A stretch of DNA of 64,000 nt, from the NCBI GenBank assembly GCA_963749915.1, contig CAVVOP010000021.1, positions 416,001 to 480,000 of the forward strand, read 5' to 3'. The notes under the pieces were generated by a model, which worked only from the letters and a program-made list of their open reading frames with translations, searched no databases and was not told the DNA's origin. Positions 10,506 to 23,007 of this stretch are shown piece by piece (within the stretch, counting starts at the first letter, position 1; each line of letters begins with the position of its first letter). Source of the DNA: an uncultured cyanobacterium (GTDB lineage: Bacteria > Cyanobacteriota > Cyanobacteriia > Cyanobacteriales > Cyanobacteriaceae). A program made the translations under genes and the position numbers.

Positions 10506-10793
10506 ATGATCGAACAAAGAAAAAAAGTTGATGTCGGTGATGTTGTTAAGGTAAAAAACAAATTATACTTGGTATTTGGTATTAGAGACAATCGTGCTTT
10601 TTGTCGCCTATTTAGGTTTACAAAAACAGGAGGTTTTCAGTGTTATGAAGATTATAATTTTCCTGTTAATATCTGTCAATTAAGTAGCACAAAGGAACAA
10701 CAAATAATTTACGAAAAAAGGAGGCAAGCTAGTATTCAAAGAAAACCTTATTCTCCCATTCTTGCTAACTATATTCATCATTTAATTCGTTAG
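10506..10793 (+). CDS. Hypothetical basic 95-aa protein (possible KOW/SH3-like beta fold)
   Basis: VDVGDVVKVK motif; 10-bp gap to the next gene. Confidence 0.6.
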   Translation: MIEQRKKVDVGDVVKVKNKLYLVFGIRDNRAFCRLFRFTKTGGFQCYEDYNFPVNICQLSSTKEQQIIYEKRRQASIQRKPYSPILANYIHHLIR

Positions 10794-10803
10794 TTTTATT
10801 TTC

Positions 10804-12231
10804 ATGAAAACAAGATTACAACCCGTGGAAAAGTTTTCTACTTTTTTATCTATAGCTGATAGTCATAGGTTTATTTTGCGTTGGCATACGGATTATAAGT
10901 TAAAAAGAAATATTGAAAAATTTAATTATCAAGAATTACTTGATTGCGATGTTTTAGCTTATCGATTTTTAACTAATTTACGGCTAAATCATGAGCTAAT
11001 TTTACAACATCATCTCACATCTTACTTACAAGAGGTTTCTTATTGGGCAACAAGATATGTTTATTGTCGTCTTCGTACTATTATCGACTCTTTAACTCTC
11101 GATGAGTGTTTTTTATTCGCTAGTGAAATTGTTACTCAACCGCAAAAATTGTTAGTAAAATATCAGTCTAACGGTGGCAGTAAAATAACTACCTATGCTC
11201 ATACTAGACTAAAAACCACCATCACCGATAAAATATATATGAGTCGAAATTGGAAATTATTGACCAATTGGGGATTACTGAAAAAAATTGGGAAGTCTAA
11301 ACGTCAAAATGTCCTCAAAGAAATTTCTGGTTTAAGAGAAGAAAAATTAGAAGAATATTTATTAGTATGGCAATGTTTTGTCGATAATTATGTATCTTCC
11401 TCTCCTCATAGAGGCAAATCCTTATCCCCCCCTAATTTATCCCAATTGACTCTGATGACTAATCAATATAATTTATTAGCTAAAAAATTCTTAACTTTTC
11501 CCTCTAAGTTAACGGTAGAAGACTTTAAAAATAGAGTAGAATTTTGTGGAGAAAAAGCCAGACTATTTGTCAACCCCATAAGTATAGAATATCCAGAAGA
11601 TAAAAAAATTAACCTCGATGATAACTCTAAAGACTACTTAATTAACTTAGAAAAAAATCAAGCAGAGAGAGAAATAAATTACATTCTTACAAGGACTTTT
11701 AATACTCTTAATCTTGTTGCCCAAAGTATTTTTTATCTTTCTGAAGGATTAGGTTTAAGTCAACAAAAAATTATTAAAACTATCCAATTAACTCACCCTA
11801 ATTTTACGGGAGAACAATATCAACTTTCACGAGAAATTGAGAAAATAAGAAAATATTTATTAGACACTATTATTAAACATCAAAAGGGAGAAAAAACAAA
11901 AATTGATAAAGGGGATATTAAACTTTTAATTCAACCATTAAAACAATGGTTAGCAGAATATATAGAATCAGAAATTTTATTATTATGTCGGGAATGTTAT
12001 CAAGAAATTGACAAGAAACAACAAGAGTTACTCAAAGAAAATTATTTTAAATCTTTTGTCGATAACCCTTCTATTATGAATCATATTCCCCCTCAACTTA
12101 TCAATCTTCTGAGGAAAAAATTAGAAAGTAAACTAAAACTAAAACTAAAACTAATCGATGATATAGTGATTCAAAATCATCTGAGTTTATGGTTAGAAAG
12201 ATTTTTTCATCAGTATTTTAATCAAATATAA
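10804..12231 (+). CDS. Cyanobacterial sigma-70-like protein of the DUF1822-associated type
   Basis: FSTFL, HLTSYLQEVSYWA, TNWGLL and a C-terminal HTH-like segment LGLSQQKI...QYQLSR. Confidence 0.75.
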   Translation: MKTRLQPVEKFSTFLSIADSHRFILRWHTDYKLKRNIEKFNYQELLDCDVLAYRFLTNLRLNHELILQHHLTSYLQEVSYWATRYVYCRLRTIIDSLTLDECFLFASEIVTQPQKLLVKYQSNGGSKITTYAHTRLKTTITDKIYMSRNWKLLTNWGLLKKIGKSKRQNVLKEISGLREEKLEEYLLVWQCFVDNYVSSSPHRGKSLSPPNLSQLTLMTNQYNLLAKKFLTFPSKLTVEDFKNRVEFCGEKARLFVNPISIEYPEDKKINLDDNSKDYLINLEKNQAEREINYILTRTFNTLNLVAQSIFYLSEGLGLSQQKIIKTIQLTHPNFTGEQYQLSREIEKIRKYLLDTIIKHQKGEKTKIDKGDIKLLIQPLKQWLAEYIESEILLLCRECYQEIDKKQQELLKENYFKSFVDNPSIMNHIPPQLINLLRKKLESKLKLKLKLIDDIVIQNHLSLWLERFFHQYFNQI

Positions 12232-12260
12232 AAATTATATCCTAGTGCTAAATAACTATC

Positions 12261-13643
12261 ATGACTAATCTCATTTTTATGGATACTCCTATCGACGAAA
12301 TAAAAATACAATTAACCGATGAAATGAAAACCGAAAGTTGGCGAGAAACTAACAAATTAAGTAGTGAAGTCGCCTGTTTTCGTGGTTATCTTAATCTTTT
12401 GGTGAGAAAAACATTTGTTTTGTGGCTTAATTTAATGTTAGAAAGTAACTTTTTTGATCAGGTAAAATTAGAAGATAACTTAAGTATTTGGGAATTTATT
12501 AATGGTAACGCCATTGATATTGATTCGACTCGCATTGTCTTAATTCCTATGGAAACTCAGGACAAAACCGAGTTTTCTATCCCCGAAGAATGGTTGAAAA
12601 TTTCTGAGTGGGTGGGAAATTATTATGTAGCTGTAGAGGTAAATTTGGAAGAAAACTATCTTAATTTTTCCGGTTATACTTCCTATGAAGATTTACAAAC
12701 TTATGGTAGGTTAGACTCTTTTAATCATTGTCTTGATTTTCCTTATGAATGTCTAGAAAATGATGTAAGTTTAATGACTTTAGAATACAAATATGCTTGG
12801 GACCCCGTGCCAGAAATTTCACCATTACCGATACTATCTTTTCAGATAAAAGAAAATTTATGCAAAGAAATCCAAGATAATTTATCCCCCCGTCTTCTCC
12901 TTGATTTTAATCAATGGTTAAGTTTGATTAGTGATAACCAAACTCGTTATCAATTATTTTATAGTCGTCGATCTATTAATTTAAGTCAATGGTTAAACTG
13001 TCAAATTTCTTCTGGTTTAACAAAAAGTTGGCAAACTTTTGAAGCCTTCAAACAACAATATTTTATCCCTAGCTTTCATCAAATTTCTGCTTTTTCTTCT
13101 CGTTCATTATCTATTAATAATTATTTAGAAATAATACAAGAAAATAACGATCAAGAAATAGTTAATAATGTGCTTAAAAATCTTGTTAATTTAAAAATTG
13201 ACAGCGAATTAAAACCAAAAATAATTAAGGCTTTAGCTAATCTTATTAATAAAAGCGAAGATGACGAAGAAACTCGTTGGAATGCAGCTTTAGCTTTACA
13301 ATCTCTTGATTATAATCATCAATGTTCTGGGATTTGGCGAGGAAAAATAATTAGTTTAGACACAGAAATAAGTACTCATGGATTAGGCTTATTAGTGGGA
13401 ATTTTACCTAAATATAATGATAAAATTGATATTTTTATTAGAGTTTATTCTCTAAATCAAAATGGTTATTTACCTGAAAATTTAACATTACAAATTATTG
13501 ATAGTAACAATAACATTTTTACCTCAATAACAACAAATAATGATAATATTATTCAATACAAATTTTGGGGAAATAGAGAAGAAAGTTTTAAAATGAAAAT
13601 TATAGTTAATAATAATTATATTGATGAGTATTTTTCCATTTGA
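12261..13643 (+). CDS. DUF1822 family protein with a HEAT-like insertion
   Basis: SIWEFINGNAI, RIVLIP, IPEEW...YYVAVEV, NLSQWL, C-terminal LPENLTLQI...F; ETRWNAALAL segment. Confidence 0.85.
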   Translation: MTNLIFMDTPIDEIKIQLTDEMKTESWRETNKLSSEVACFRGYLNLLVRKTFVLWLNLMLESNFFDQVKLEDNLSIWEFINGNAIDIDSTRIVLIPMETQDKTEFSIPEEWLKISEWVGNYYVAVEVNLEENYLNFSGYTSYEDLQTYGRLDSFNHCLDFPYECLENDVSLMTLEYKYAWDPVPEISPLPILSFQIKENLCKEIQDNLSPRLLLDFNQWLSLISDNQTRYQLFYSRRSINLSQWLNCQISSGLTKSWQTFEAFKQQYFIPSFHQISAFSSRSLSINNYLEIIQENNDQEIVNNVLKNLVNLKIDSELKPKIIKALANLINKSEDDEETRWNAALALQSLDYNHQCSGIWRGKIISLDTEISTHGLGLLVGILPKYNDKIDIFIRVYSLNQNGYLPENLTLQIIDSNNNIFTSITTNNDNIIQYKFWGNREESFKMKIIVNNNYIDEYFSI

Positions 13644-13817
13644 TGTCTAATTTTAGATAATAATAGCCCCACATTTTAAAATCTTTATTAAAGCTGAATT
13701 CTGAATTCTGAATACTATCCTAACGAAAATTATACAAATCAAATTGAGATCGATCGCTATTATGATATAATAAATTTCAAATTATTTTTTATGTTTTAAA
13801 ATTTATAATTACTCCTT

Positions 13818-15152
13818 GTGATTAACCTAATTAAAACCTCACAACACCATCAATTAGTTATTGAAAACAAAACCCATTCTCTACGGGGTAAAATCTCTAT
13901 TCCGGGGGATAAATCTATCTCTCACCGTGCTTTAATGTTAGGTGCCATCGCATCTGGAGAAACGACCATCGAAGGATTATTATTAGGAGAAGATCCTTGT
14001 AGTACGGCAAAATGTTTTCAAGCAATGGGGGCACAAATTCCTGAGTTAAACATTGAAAGAATAATAGTTATGGGCATCGGACAAGGATCACTACAAGAGC
14101 CATTAAATATATTAGATGCAGGAAATTCTGGCACAACTATGCGCTTAATGTTAGGGTTATTAGCCTCTCAACCTGAAAAATTTTTCATCCTTACCGGGGA
14201 CGATTCCCTCAGAAGTCGCCCTATGGCAAGAGTAATCAAGCCTTTACAAGAAATGGGGGCAATAATTTACGGTAGAAACAATAGTAAAAATGCACCCCTG
14301 GCGGTTATGGGGCAAAATCTCAAGCCGATTCACTACTATTCCCCTGTGGCCTCTGCACAAGTAAAATCTTGTCTTCTTCTGGCAGGATTGATGACGGAAG
14401 GCAAAACCACTGTTACGGAACCAGCTTTATCCAGGGATCATAGTGAAAGAATGTTACGAGCTTTTGGTGCTACCTTAGAAATTGATCCCGACAGGAATAG
14501 TGTCACCATTGAAGGAAAATCTCAACTACGTGGACAAACAGTTATCGTGCCGGGAGATATTAGTTCGGCGGCTTTTTGGTTGGTAGCTGGTGCCATTACT
14601 CCCAACTCCGAATTGACCGTGGAAAATGTGGGCATTAACCCCACTCGCACGGGAATTTTAGATGCTTTGATGATGATGGGTGCTGATATTATCCTGGAAA
14701 ATGAAAGGGAAGCAGCAGGAGAACCTGTGGCAGATTTAAGGGTAAAATCGAGTAAACTTAAGGCTTGTACCATTGAAGGCTCAATTATTCCCCGTTTAAT
14801 TGATGAAATTCCGATCCTAGCTGTGGCCGCCTGTTTTGCCGAAGGGACTACTCTTATTAAAGATGCGGAAGAATTACGGATAAAAGAAAGCGATCGCCTT
14901 GCGGTAATGGCGACGGAACTAAATAAAATGGGGGCAAAAATCACGGAATTTCCTGATGGTTTAGAAATTACAGGGGAGGTTACTCTCAAAGGTTCACAAA
15001 TGGATAGTTATAGAGATCATCGCATTGCCATGAGTTTAGCGATCGCAGCCTTAAATGCCCAAGGCAAAACCATCATTAACCGTGCCGAAGCCGCTTCCAT
15101 TTCATATCCCACCTTTGTAGAGACACTGACTCATTTAGTGGCTAAGGTTTAA
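13818..15152 (+). CDS. aroA: 3-phosphoshikimate 1-carboxyvinyltransferase
   Basis: [36 protein letters not shown]. Confidence 0.98.
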   Translation: MINLIKTSQHHQLVIENKTHSLRGKISIPGDKSISHRALMLGAIASGETTIEGLLLGEDPCSTAKCFQAMGAQIPELNIERIIVMGIGQGSLQEPLNILDAGNSGTTMRLMLGLLASQPEKFFILTGDDSLRSRPMARVIKPLQEMGAIIYGRNNSKNAPLAVMGQNLKPIHYYSPVASAQVKSCLLLAGLMTEGKTTVTEPALSRDHSERMLRAFGATLEIDPDRNSVTIEGKSQLRGQTVIVPGDISSAAFWLVAGAITPNSELTVENVGINPTRTGILDALMMMGADIILENEREAAGEPVADLRVKSSKLKACTIEGSIIPRLIDEIPILAVAACFAEGTTLIKDAEELRIKESDRLAVMATELNKMGAKITEFPDGLEITGEVTLKGSQMDSYRDHRIAMSLAIAALNAQGKTIINRAEAASISYPTFVETLTHLVAKV

Positions 15153-15331
15153 GAGTCGCTTACTGTGGTGAAAGACAAAAGGGTGAAAATAAAAAGACAA
15201 CAGCCTTGGTATTTTTAGTTCGCGGCTTGAATTTCCGCTAAGGTAAAAGCAAAGATAAGGTAAAATTAGGTTATGGTTTGCTTGCTAGTATATTTACAAA
15301 CTAACCTTCACCCTCTAATTGCTAATTCCTC

Positions 15332-16132
15332 ATGGATTTTCTTTTTCTGTCAAAACTATTACCGCTTTTTTTCTATCCTTTGGGATTAGTTTTTTTATTG
15401 TTGATTATTAGTTTAATTTTGTGGTGGAAATATCCCCATTGGCTACCGATTCCTGTTATTACAGCTTGTTTTATTTTATTTATTGGCGGTAACTGTTGGG
15501 TCAGCAATTTATTAGTTAAATCTTTAGAATGGCAATATATCTCCACTACTGATAATCTACCCAACGCCGAAGTTATTGTCATTTTAGGAGGTGGTATTAA
15601 ACCCCGTATTTATCCACGTCCGATGGTAGATCTTGCAGAACCGGGCGATCGAGTAGTGTATGGTGCTAAGCTATTTAAAATGGGAAAATCTCCTTTAATT
15701 ATTCCCACAGGTGGAAGAATCCCCTGGCGGGGTGGAAAAAATCTTCCTTCAGAAGCCGATGATATGACGGAATTACTCTTATTTTTGGGCATTCCCGAAT
15801 CAGCGATAATCAAAGAGGGTAACTCTTTTAATACTTATGATAACGCTGTTAACACCCGTCGAATTTTAGAAAAATTAAACATTAAGCGTATACTATTAGT
15901 TACTTCTGCTATACACATGCCCCGTTCAGTGAAAATTTTTGAGAAACAAAACCTAGAGGTAATTCCCGCACCCACTGATTACCTGGTTACCCAGAAAGAT
16001 TTTGAAGAAGAAGATACTTTCCAAAATACCCTAATCAATCTTTTGCCCGATTCAAACTACTTAAATAACACAACCTTAGCGATAAAAGAATATATCGGCA
16101 TCGTAGTTTACAAACTCAAAGGGTGGCTTTAA
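15332..16132 (+). CDS. YdcF/ElyC family (DUF218) membrane protein
   Basis: IVILGGG, SEA, NTYDNA, LVTSAIHMPRS. Confidence 0.9.
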   Translation: MDFLFLSKLLPLFFYPLGLVFLLLIISLILWWKYPHWLPIPVITACFILFIGGNCWVSNLLVKSLEWQYISTTDNLPNAEVIVILGGGIKPRIYPRPMVDLAEPGDRVVYGAKLFKMGKSPLIIPTGGRIPWRGGKNLPSEADDMTELLLFLGIPESAIIKEGNSFNTYDNAVNTRRILEKLNIKRILLVTSAIHMPRSVKIFEKQNLEVIPAPTDYLVTQKDFEEEDTFQNTLINLLPDSNYLNNTTLAIKEYIGIVVYKLKGWL

Positions 16133-16656
16133 TCCTCAATTATTAATGTTCTTGGCATCTTTATAAGATACAGAATTTGTCATCAACTCAGTATAAAAGA
16201 TTGCCATCTGATTAGATATATTGAGGACGATTATGAGGGGAAATTTTAATGTTCCAGGGTCAAAATTTTGATCTTTGCAAAGAATAATTAAGTTTTCTAT
16301 CAAAAAGAATGATCCTCCTATAAGTATGTGCTTTAATAAAACTAGGTTCAGATAAGTAATTCTAGAGAAAGAAAAAACAGTTCAGAAAAGAAAAAATACT
16401 AATTGTATCTTAAATTCTTTAGTTTATAGGAACTTTGATGATTTTTATAAGTAACTAAAGTGGGGTTTTATGCCTAAGTAATTTGAGATCATTACGGGGT
16501 AATCTTTTATTTTTCTTAATATTTGTTGTCAGAAAAACTGAATCTTGAACAAGAATTAAGTAAAAAAAATCACAATTAATTAACATTGAAAAGAGATTTA
16601 CTGATAGTTAGTTTTCTGTACTGTATTTAATTCAATAATCAAGGAGATTAATTATT

Positions 16657-19161
16657 ATGGTAAGTTCTGCACCAGAAAGAGTTCAACAATCAAGTAAAAA
16701 CGAAGAATTTGTTCTCTGGTTTGAAGAGGTTGGCATCGTAGATGTGCCTCTTGTGGGGGGCAAAAATGCCTCTTTAGGAGAGATGATTCAGCAATTAACT
16801 TCCAAGGGAGTGAATGTACCTACAGGTTTCGCTACAACAGCCTATGCTTATCGTTACTTCGTCGAAAAGGCTGGTTTACAAGACAAGTTGCGCAAAATCT
16901 TTGCCGATTTAGATGTGGAAGATTTACCCAATTTACAAGCAAGGGGTAAACAAGCACGGGCATTAGTCTTAAATACTCCTTTTCCGAAAGAATTGGAATT
17001 GGCGATTTCTCAGGCTTATTTTAAACTTTGTGAGCGTTACGGGGCGGATCCGAACTTATGCGATCGCCTTGATAATCCTCAAGAATGCCGTGAATTTAGT
17101 TATGCTACGGATGTAGCGGTGCGTTCCAGTGCAACGGCGGAAGATTTACCTGATGCTAGTTTTGCTGGACAACAAGAAACTTATCTAAATGTTCATGGGG
17201 TAAAAGATGTCTTAGATTCTTGTCATAAGTGTTTCGCTTCGATTTTTACAGATAGAGCAATCTCTTACCGCACCGTCAAAGGTTTTGATCACTTTGAAGT
17301 CGCCTTATCCGTAGGGGTACAAAAAATGGTGCGTTCTGACTTAGCCTCCTCTGGGGTAATGTTTAGTATTGATACCGAAACAGGCTTTAAAGATGCCGCT
17401 TTTGTTACTGCCGCCTATGGTTTAGGAGAAAACGTGGTGCAAGGTGCAGTTAATCCAGATGAATTCTTCGTGTTCAAACCGACCTTAAATCAAGGATTTA
17501 GACCCATTTTAAACAAACGTCTGGGGACCAAAGAAATTAAAATGGTCTATGATTTAGGCGGTGGTAAACAAGTTAAAAACGTCCCTGTACCCGATTCAGA
17601 GCGTCAAAAATATTCCATTACCGATGATGAGGCTTTAACCCTGGCTAAATGGGCTTGTATCATTGAAGATCACTACAGTGCCAAACGGGGACAACCTAGC
17701 CCCATGGATATAGAATGGGCAAAAGATGGTCAAACAGGGGAATTATTTATCGTTCAAGCACGTCCAGAAACGGTACAATCTCAAAAGTCTAATAGTGTTC
17801 TCCGTGATTATAAACTCAAAGGGACAAGTGAAGTCCTAATATCTGGTCGGGCTGTGGGTGAAATGATCGGTCAAGGTCAAGGCCGTGTTATCCTTGATGT
17901 ACACCAAATTGGTCAATTTAAAGCTGGTGAAGTACTCGTTACCAACAAAACTGACCCTGACTGGGAACCCATTATGAAAAAAGCCAGTGCCATCGTTACG
18001 AACCAAGGGGGAAGAACCTGTCATGCGGCTATTATTGCCCGTGAAATGGGGATACCCGCCATCGTTGGTTGTGGTAATGCTACGGGTTTATTGAAAACTG
18101 GTCAAGATATTACCGTGTCTTGTTCAGAAGGAGAAGAAGGACGAGTCTATTCTGGTTTAGTACCCTTTGACATCGTTGAAACTCAACTGGATAACTTACC
18201 GAAAACTCGCACCAAAATCTTGATGAATATAGGCAACCCCGAAGAAGCCTTCAAATTAGCCTCGATTCCTTGTAATGGAGTTGGTTTAGCCCGTTTAGAG
18301 TTCATTATCGCTAACCATATTAAAGCACATCCTTTAGCCTTAATGAAATTTGATGAATTAGCCGACGAATCCGTGAAAAAAGAGATTGCCGAGTTAACTT
18401 TAGGTTATGAAAATAAAGCTGATTTCTTTGTGGACAAAGTCGCCCAAGGGGTGGGGACCATCGCCGCCGCTTTTTATCCCAATCCTGTGGTAGTGCGGAT
18501 GTCTGATTTCAAATCTAATGAGTATGCAAATCTTTTAGGTGGTGCCGATTTTGAACCTAAAGAAGAAAACCCGATGATTGGTTGGCGTGGTGCATCTCGT
18601 TACTACGATGAAAAATATCGGGATGCCTATGGTTTAGAATGTAAAGCCTTAAAACGAGTTCGTGACGACATGGGTTTAACTAACGTAATTCCGATGATTC
18701 CTTTCTGTCGTACTCCTTATGAAGGTCGCCGAGTCTTAACAGAGATGGAAAAACACGGTTTAAAACGGGGAGAAAATGGTTTACAAGTCTATGTAATGTG
18801 CGAGATTCCTAGTAATGTTATTTTGGCAGATCAATTTAGCGAAATCTTCGATGGTTTCTCTATTGGTTCAAATGATTTGACGCAATTAACATTAGGACTT
18901 GACCGAGATTCTTCCCTTATAGCTCATATCTTCGATGAACGCAATCAAGCCATTAAAGAGATGATAGCCATGGTAATTGAAAAAGCGAAACGCAACAACC
19001 GTAAAATTGGTATTTGTGGACAAGCACCTAGTGATTACCCCGAATTTGCGCGTTTCTTAGTAGAATTAGGCATCGATTCTATGAGTTTAAACCCTGATTC
19101 TTTATTAAAAACTTTGCTTGATATTGCCAAGTTGGAAGAAAGATTAGATGCGGGTAAATAA
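16657..19161 (+). CDS. ppsA: Phosphoenolpyruvate synthase
   Basis: GGKNASLGEM, VRSSATAEDL, GGRTCHAAIIARE (phospho-His), SIGSNDLTQ. Confidence 0.98.
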   Translation: MVSSAPERVQQSSKNEEFVLWFEEVGIVDVPLVGGKNASLGEMIQQLTSKGVNVPTGFATTAYAYRYFVEKAGLQDKLRKIFADLDVEDLPNLQARGKQARALVLNTPFPKELELAISQAYFKLCERYGADPNLCDRLDNPQECREFSYATDVAVRSSATAEDLPDASFAGQQETYLNVHGVKDVLDSCHKCFASIFTDRAISYRTVKGFDHFEVALSVGVQKMVRSDLASSGVMFSIDTETGFKDAAFVTAAYGLGENVVQGAVNPDEFFVFKPTLNQGFRPILNKRLGTKEIKMVYDLGGGKQVKNVPVPDSERQKYSITDDEALTLAKWACIIEDHYSAKRGQPSPMDIEWAKDGQTGELFIVQARPETVQSQKSNSVLRDYKLKGTSEVLISGRAVGEMIGQGQGRVILDVHQIGQFKAGEVLVTNKTDPDWEPIMKKASAIVTNQGGRTCHAAIIAREMGIPAIVGCGNATGLLKTGQDITVSCSEGEEGRVYSGLVPFDIVETQLDNLPKTRTKILMNIGNPEEAFKLASIPCNGVGLARLEFIIANHIKAHPLALMKFDELADESVKKEIAELTLGYENKADFFVDKVAQGVGTIAAAFYPNPVVVRMSDFKSNEYANLLGGADFEPKEENPMIGWRGASRYYDEKYRDAYGLECKALKRVRDDMGLTNVIPMIPFCRTPYEGRRVLTEMEKHGLKRGENGLQVYVMCEIPSNVILADQFSEIFDGFSIGSNDLTQLTLGLDRDSSLIAHIFDERNQAIKEMIAMVIEKAKRNNRKIGICGQAPSDYPEFARFLVELGIDSMSLNPDSLLKTLLDIAKLEERLDAGK

Positions 19162-19180
19162 AGCTAAATGATTGATTTTC

Positions 19181-19207
19181 AATCCCCCAAAAAAGGGGGA
19201 TTTTTTT
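19181..19207 (+). terminator. Intrinsic terminator after ppsA
   Basis: AATCCCCC-A6-GGGGGATT hairpin followed by a T-run. Confidence 0.8.
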
Positions 19208-19228
19208 AATAACCAAATTTTATTTTTT

Positions 19229-19867
19229 ATGATCAATTATTTTAAAGGTAATATCAACAATATTATTATTAACAATAACAATCGCAATATTTTAATATTA
19301 GAAGTAAATAATATTGGTTATGAAATACAAATACCCAGCCGTTTTGCCAGACAATTAAACATTGACTTTGAGTCACAAATTCAAATTTTTACTCATTTTC
19401 AAGTAAGAGATGATCAACATATTCTTTTCGGTTTTTCTAGCACCGCCGAAAGGGATTTATTTCGTCAATTAACTGCTATTTCTGGCATCGGTTCACAATC
19501 AGCCATCGCCCTTATTGATACTCTCGGACTAGAAGACTTAGTACAAGCAATTGTAACGGGGAATATCCGCCTCTTAACAAAAACCCCCGGTGTGGGACAA
19601 AAAACTGCTGAAAGAATCGCCTTAGAATTAAAAACAAAATTAGCACAGTGGCGTATTTCTGCCGGAATTAATCTGAATACCACCCATGTTTTACCTAGTG
19701 CGGAAATTATGGCGGATTTAGAAATGACGTTACTGGCATTAGGTTATACCAATAACGAAATACAACAAGCAATATCAGCTATTAGTCAAGATAATTTATT
19801 ACAAAAAAATCCCCATGTTGAGGAGTGGATTAGAAGTGCGATCGCATTTTTGTCCCTTAATACCTAA
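19229..19867 (+). CDS. ruvA: Holliday junction branch migration protein; start moved to the ATG at 19229
   Basis: LEVNNIGYEI, LFGF, ISGIG, PGVGQKTAERIALELK; the upstream ORF extension runs through the terminator. Confidence 0.95.
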   Translation: MINYFKGNINNIIINNNNRNILILEVNNIGYEIQIPSRFARQLNIDFESQIQIFTHFQVRDDQHILFGFSSTAERDLFRQLTAISGIGSQSAIALIDTLGLEDLVQAIVTGNIRLLTKTPGVGQKTAERIALELKTKLAQWRISAGINLNTTHVLPSAEIMADLEMTLLALGYTNNEIQQAISAISQDNLLQKNPHVEEWIRSAIAFLSLNT

Positions 19868-19937
19868 CTACCGACCCGACAATACAGATAATTTCTTTGT
19901 AAGTCAATTGTCAATTGTTAAGGTGAAGATAACCGTA

Positions 19938-19964
19938 TTAGCACTCAGGCACGAAGAGTGCTAG
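19938..19964 (+). promoter_or_regulatory. CIRCE element (HrcA operator)
   Basis: TTAGCACTC-N9-GAGTGCTAG, 36 bp before groEL. Confidence 0.95.
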
Positions 19965-21692
<1,728 letters not shown>

Positions 21693-21875
21693 TCAACTGA
21701 CAATTAGCAATTAACAATTAAAAACTTTTCGGTTAGTTCCCCGATCTCGATTAACATTGCCATCACGGTTATTCCCTTGACTGCGATTTACTGAACCACT
21801 ACCAGTAGCACCCACAAAACATCGATACTATTCTTCCAGGCTATCAACTTAAGGCGAGACAAACTGGTTAAGACA

Positions 21876-21920
21876 AGGTATCAGGTGTTAGGTATTAGGT
21901 ATTAGGTTTTGGGTTTTAGG
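21876..21920 (+). repeat. Heptamer tandem repeats (STRR-like)
   Basis: AGGTATC/AGGTGTT/AGGTATT/AGGTATT/AGGTTTT array between convergent genes. Confidence 0.6.
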
Positions 21921-22068
21921 TCAAGAAAAAAGAAGTAAACTCGATTTACTAGCCAAAAATTACGATTCGTTCTCGTATCAACCTTTAGAATAGCTAAAAA
22001 ACTTATAACTTAACACAAACGCCTCTAATACCCAGAACCTCCCCTCACCGAAAATGTCCCGGTTTAAA

Positions 22069-22812
22069 TCAGTAGCCTTCTTCCATTTCTTCGGGGGGAA
22101 TGTTATTAGTTTCGGCAAAGTAGCTATAGTAAAGTAAACCAGCTAAAATTGCACCTACAATGGGGGCAACCCAAAATAACCATAATTGCCCAATAATTTC
22201 CATATTTCCCGCAAATAAAGCAACACCAGTACTTCTAGCCGGATTCACAGAGGTGTTTGTGACAGGGATACTGATTAAGTGAATCAACGTTAAACTTAAA
22301 CCGATGGAAACCCCTGCAAAACCAGCTGGAGCTCTTCTATCGGTTGAGCCTAAAATAATAATGAGAAAGATGAATGTCATTACTATTTCCGTAATTAGGG
22401 CAGATAAGAGTGAATAACCACCGGGGGAATGGCTGCCATAACCGTTGGTGGCTAAGGGATTACTGCCGCTTAATTCAAAACCATCTGCACCACTAGCAAT
22501 AATTAAGATAATTAAACCGGCCAAAATTGCGCCCACCACTTGAGCGACGATATAGGGCAATAATTCTGAGCCAGGAAAACGTTTTCCCGCCCATAAACCA
22601 AAGGAAACCGCCGGGTTAAAATGACCGCCGGAAATATGTCCAAAAGCATAGACCATAGTTAATACCGTTAAACCAAAAGCAAGGGCAACACCCACAAATG
22701 CGATACCTAAGGGATTGCCCTCACCACCAAAATTAGCGGCTAAAACGGCACTACCACAACCTCCCAACACTAACCAAAAAGTACCAATTAATTCTGCTAC
22801 GTATTTCTTCAT
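22069..22812 (-). CDS. aqpZ: Aquaporin Z
   Basis: Two NPA motifs (HFNPAVS, SVNPARS); GCGSAVLAA. Confidence 0.96.
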   Translation of the reverse strand: MKKYVAELIGTFWLVLGGCGSAVLAANFGGEGNPLGIAFVGVALAFGLTVLTMVYAFGHISGGHFNPAVSFGLWAGKRFPGSELLPYIVAQVVGAILAGLIILIIASGADGFELSGSNPLATNGYGSHSPGGYSLLSALITEIVMTFIFLIIILGSTDRRAPAGFAGVSIGLSLTLIHLISIPVTNTSVNPARSTGVALFAGNMEIIGQLWLFWVAPIVGAILAGLLYYSYFAETNNIPPEEMEEGY

Positions 22813-23007
22813 TATCTTCTGTATAACTTTGTCAACTTATAGTTAAAACTACCTAGAATTGTAATTGCTAGTTTAATTCAATTAATAATAAGTTTTGTAA
22901 AATTTGGGTTAGGGAACAACCCTTGAAACATTAGACAATATTTTTAGCTTAAATGTTAAAATTCATCCCACGCCGTAAAATATATTTGTTGATTAGGAGT
23001 AATAAAA

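Noticed and set aside
17020..17105. Cys-rich insertion in PpsA
   Set aside because: Short insertion of a kind I recall in cyanobacterial PpsA; not an intein
21712..21815. Minus-strand stretch reading VGATGSGSVNRSQGNNRDGNVNRDRG
   Set aside because: Looks coding, but has an in-frame stop just upstream, no clear start and no recognisable family
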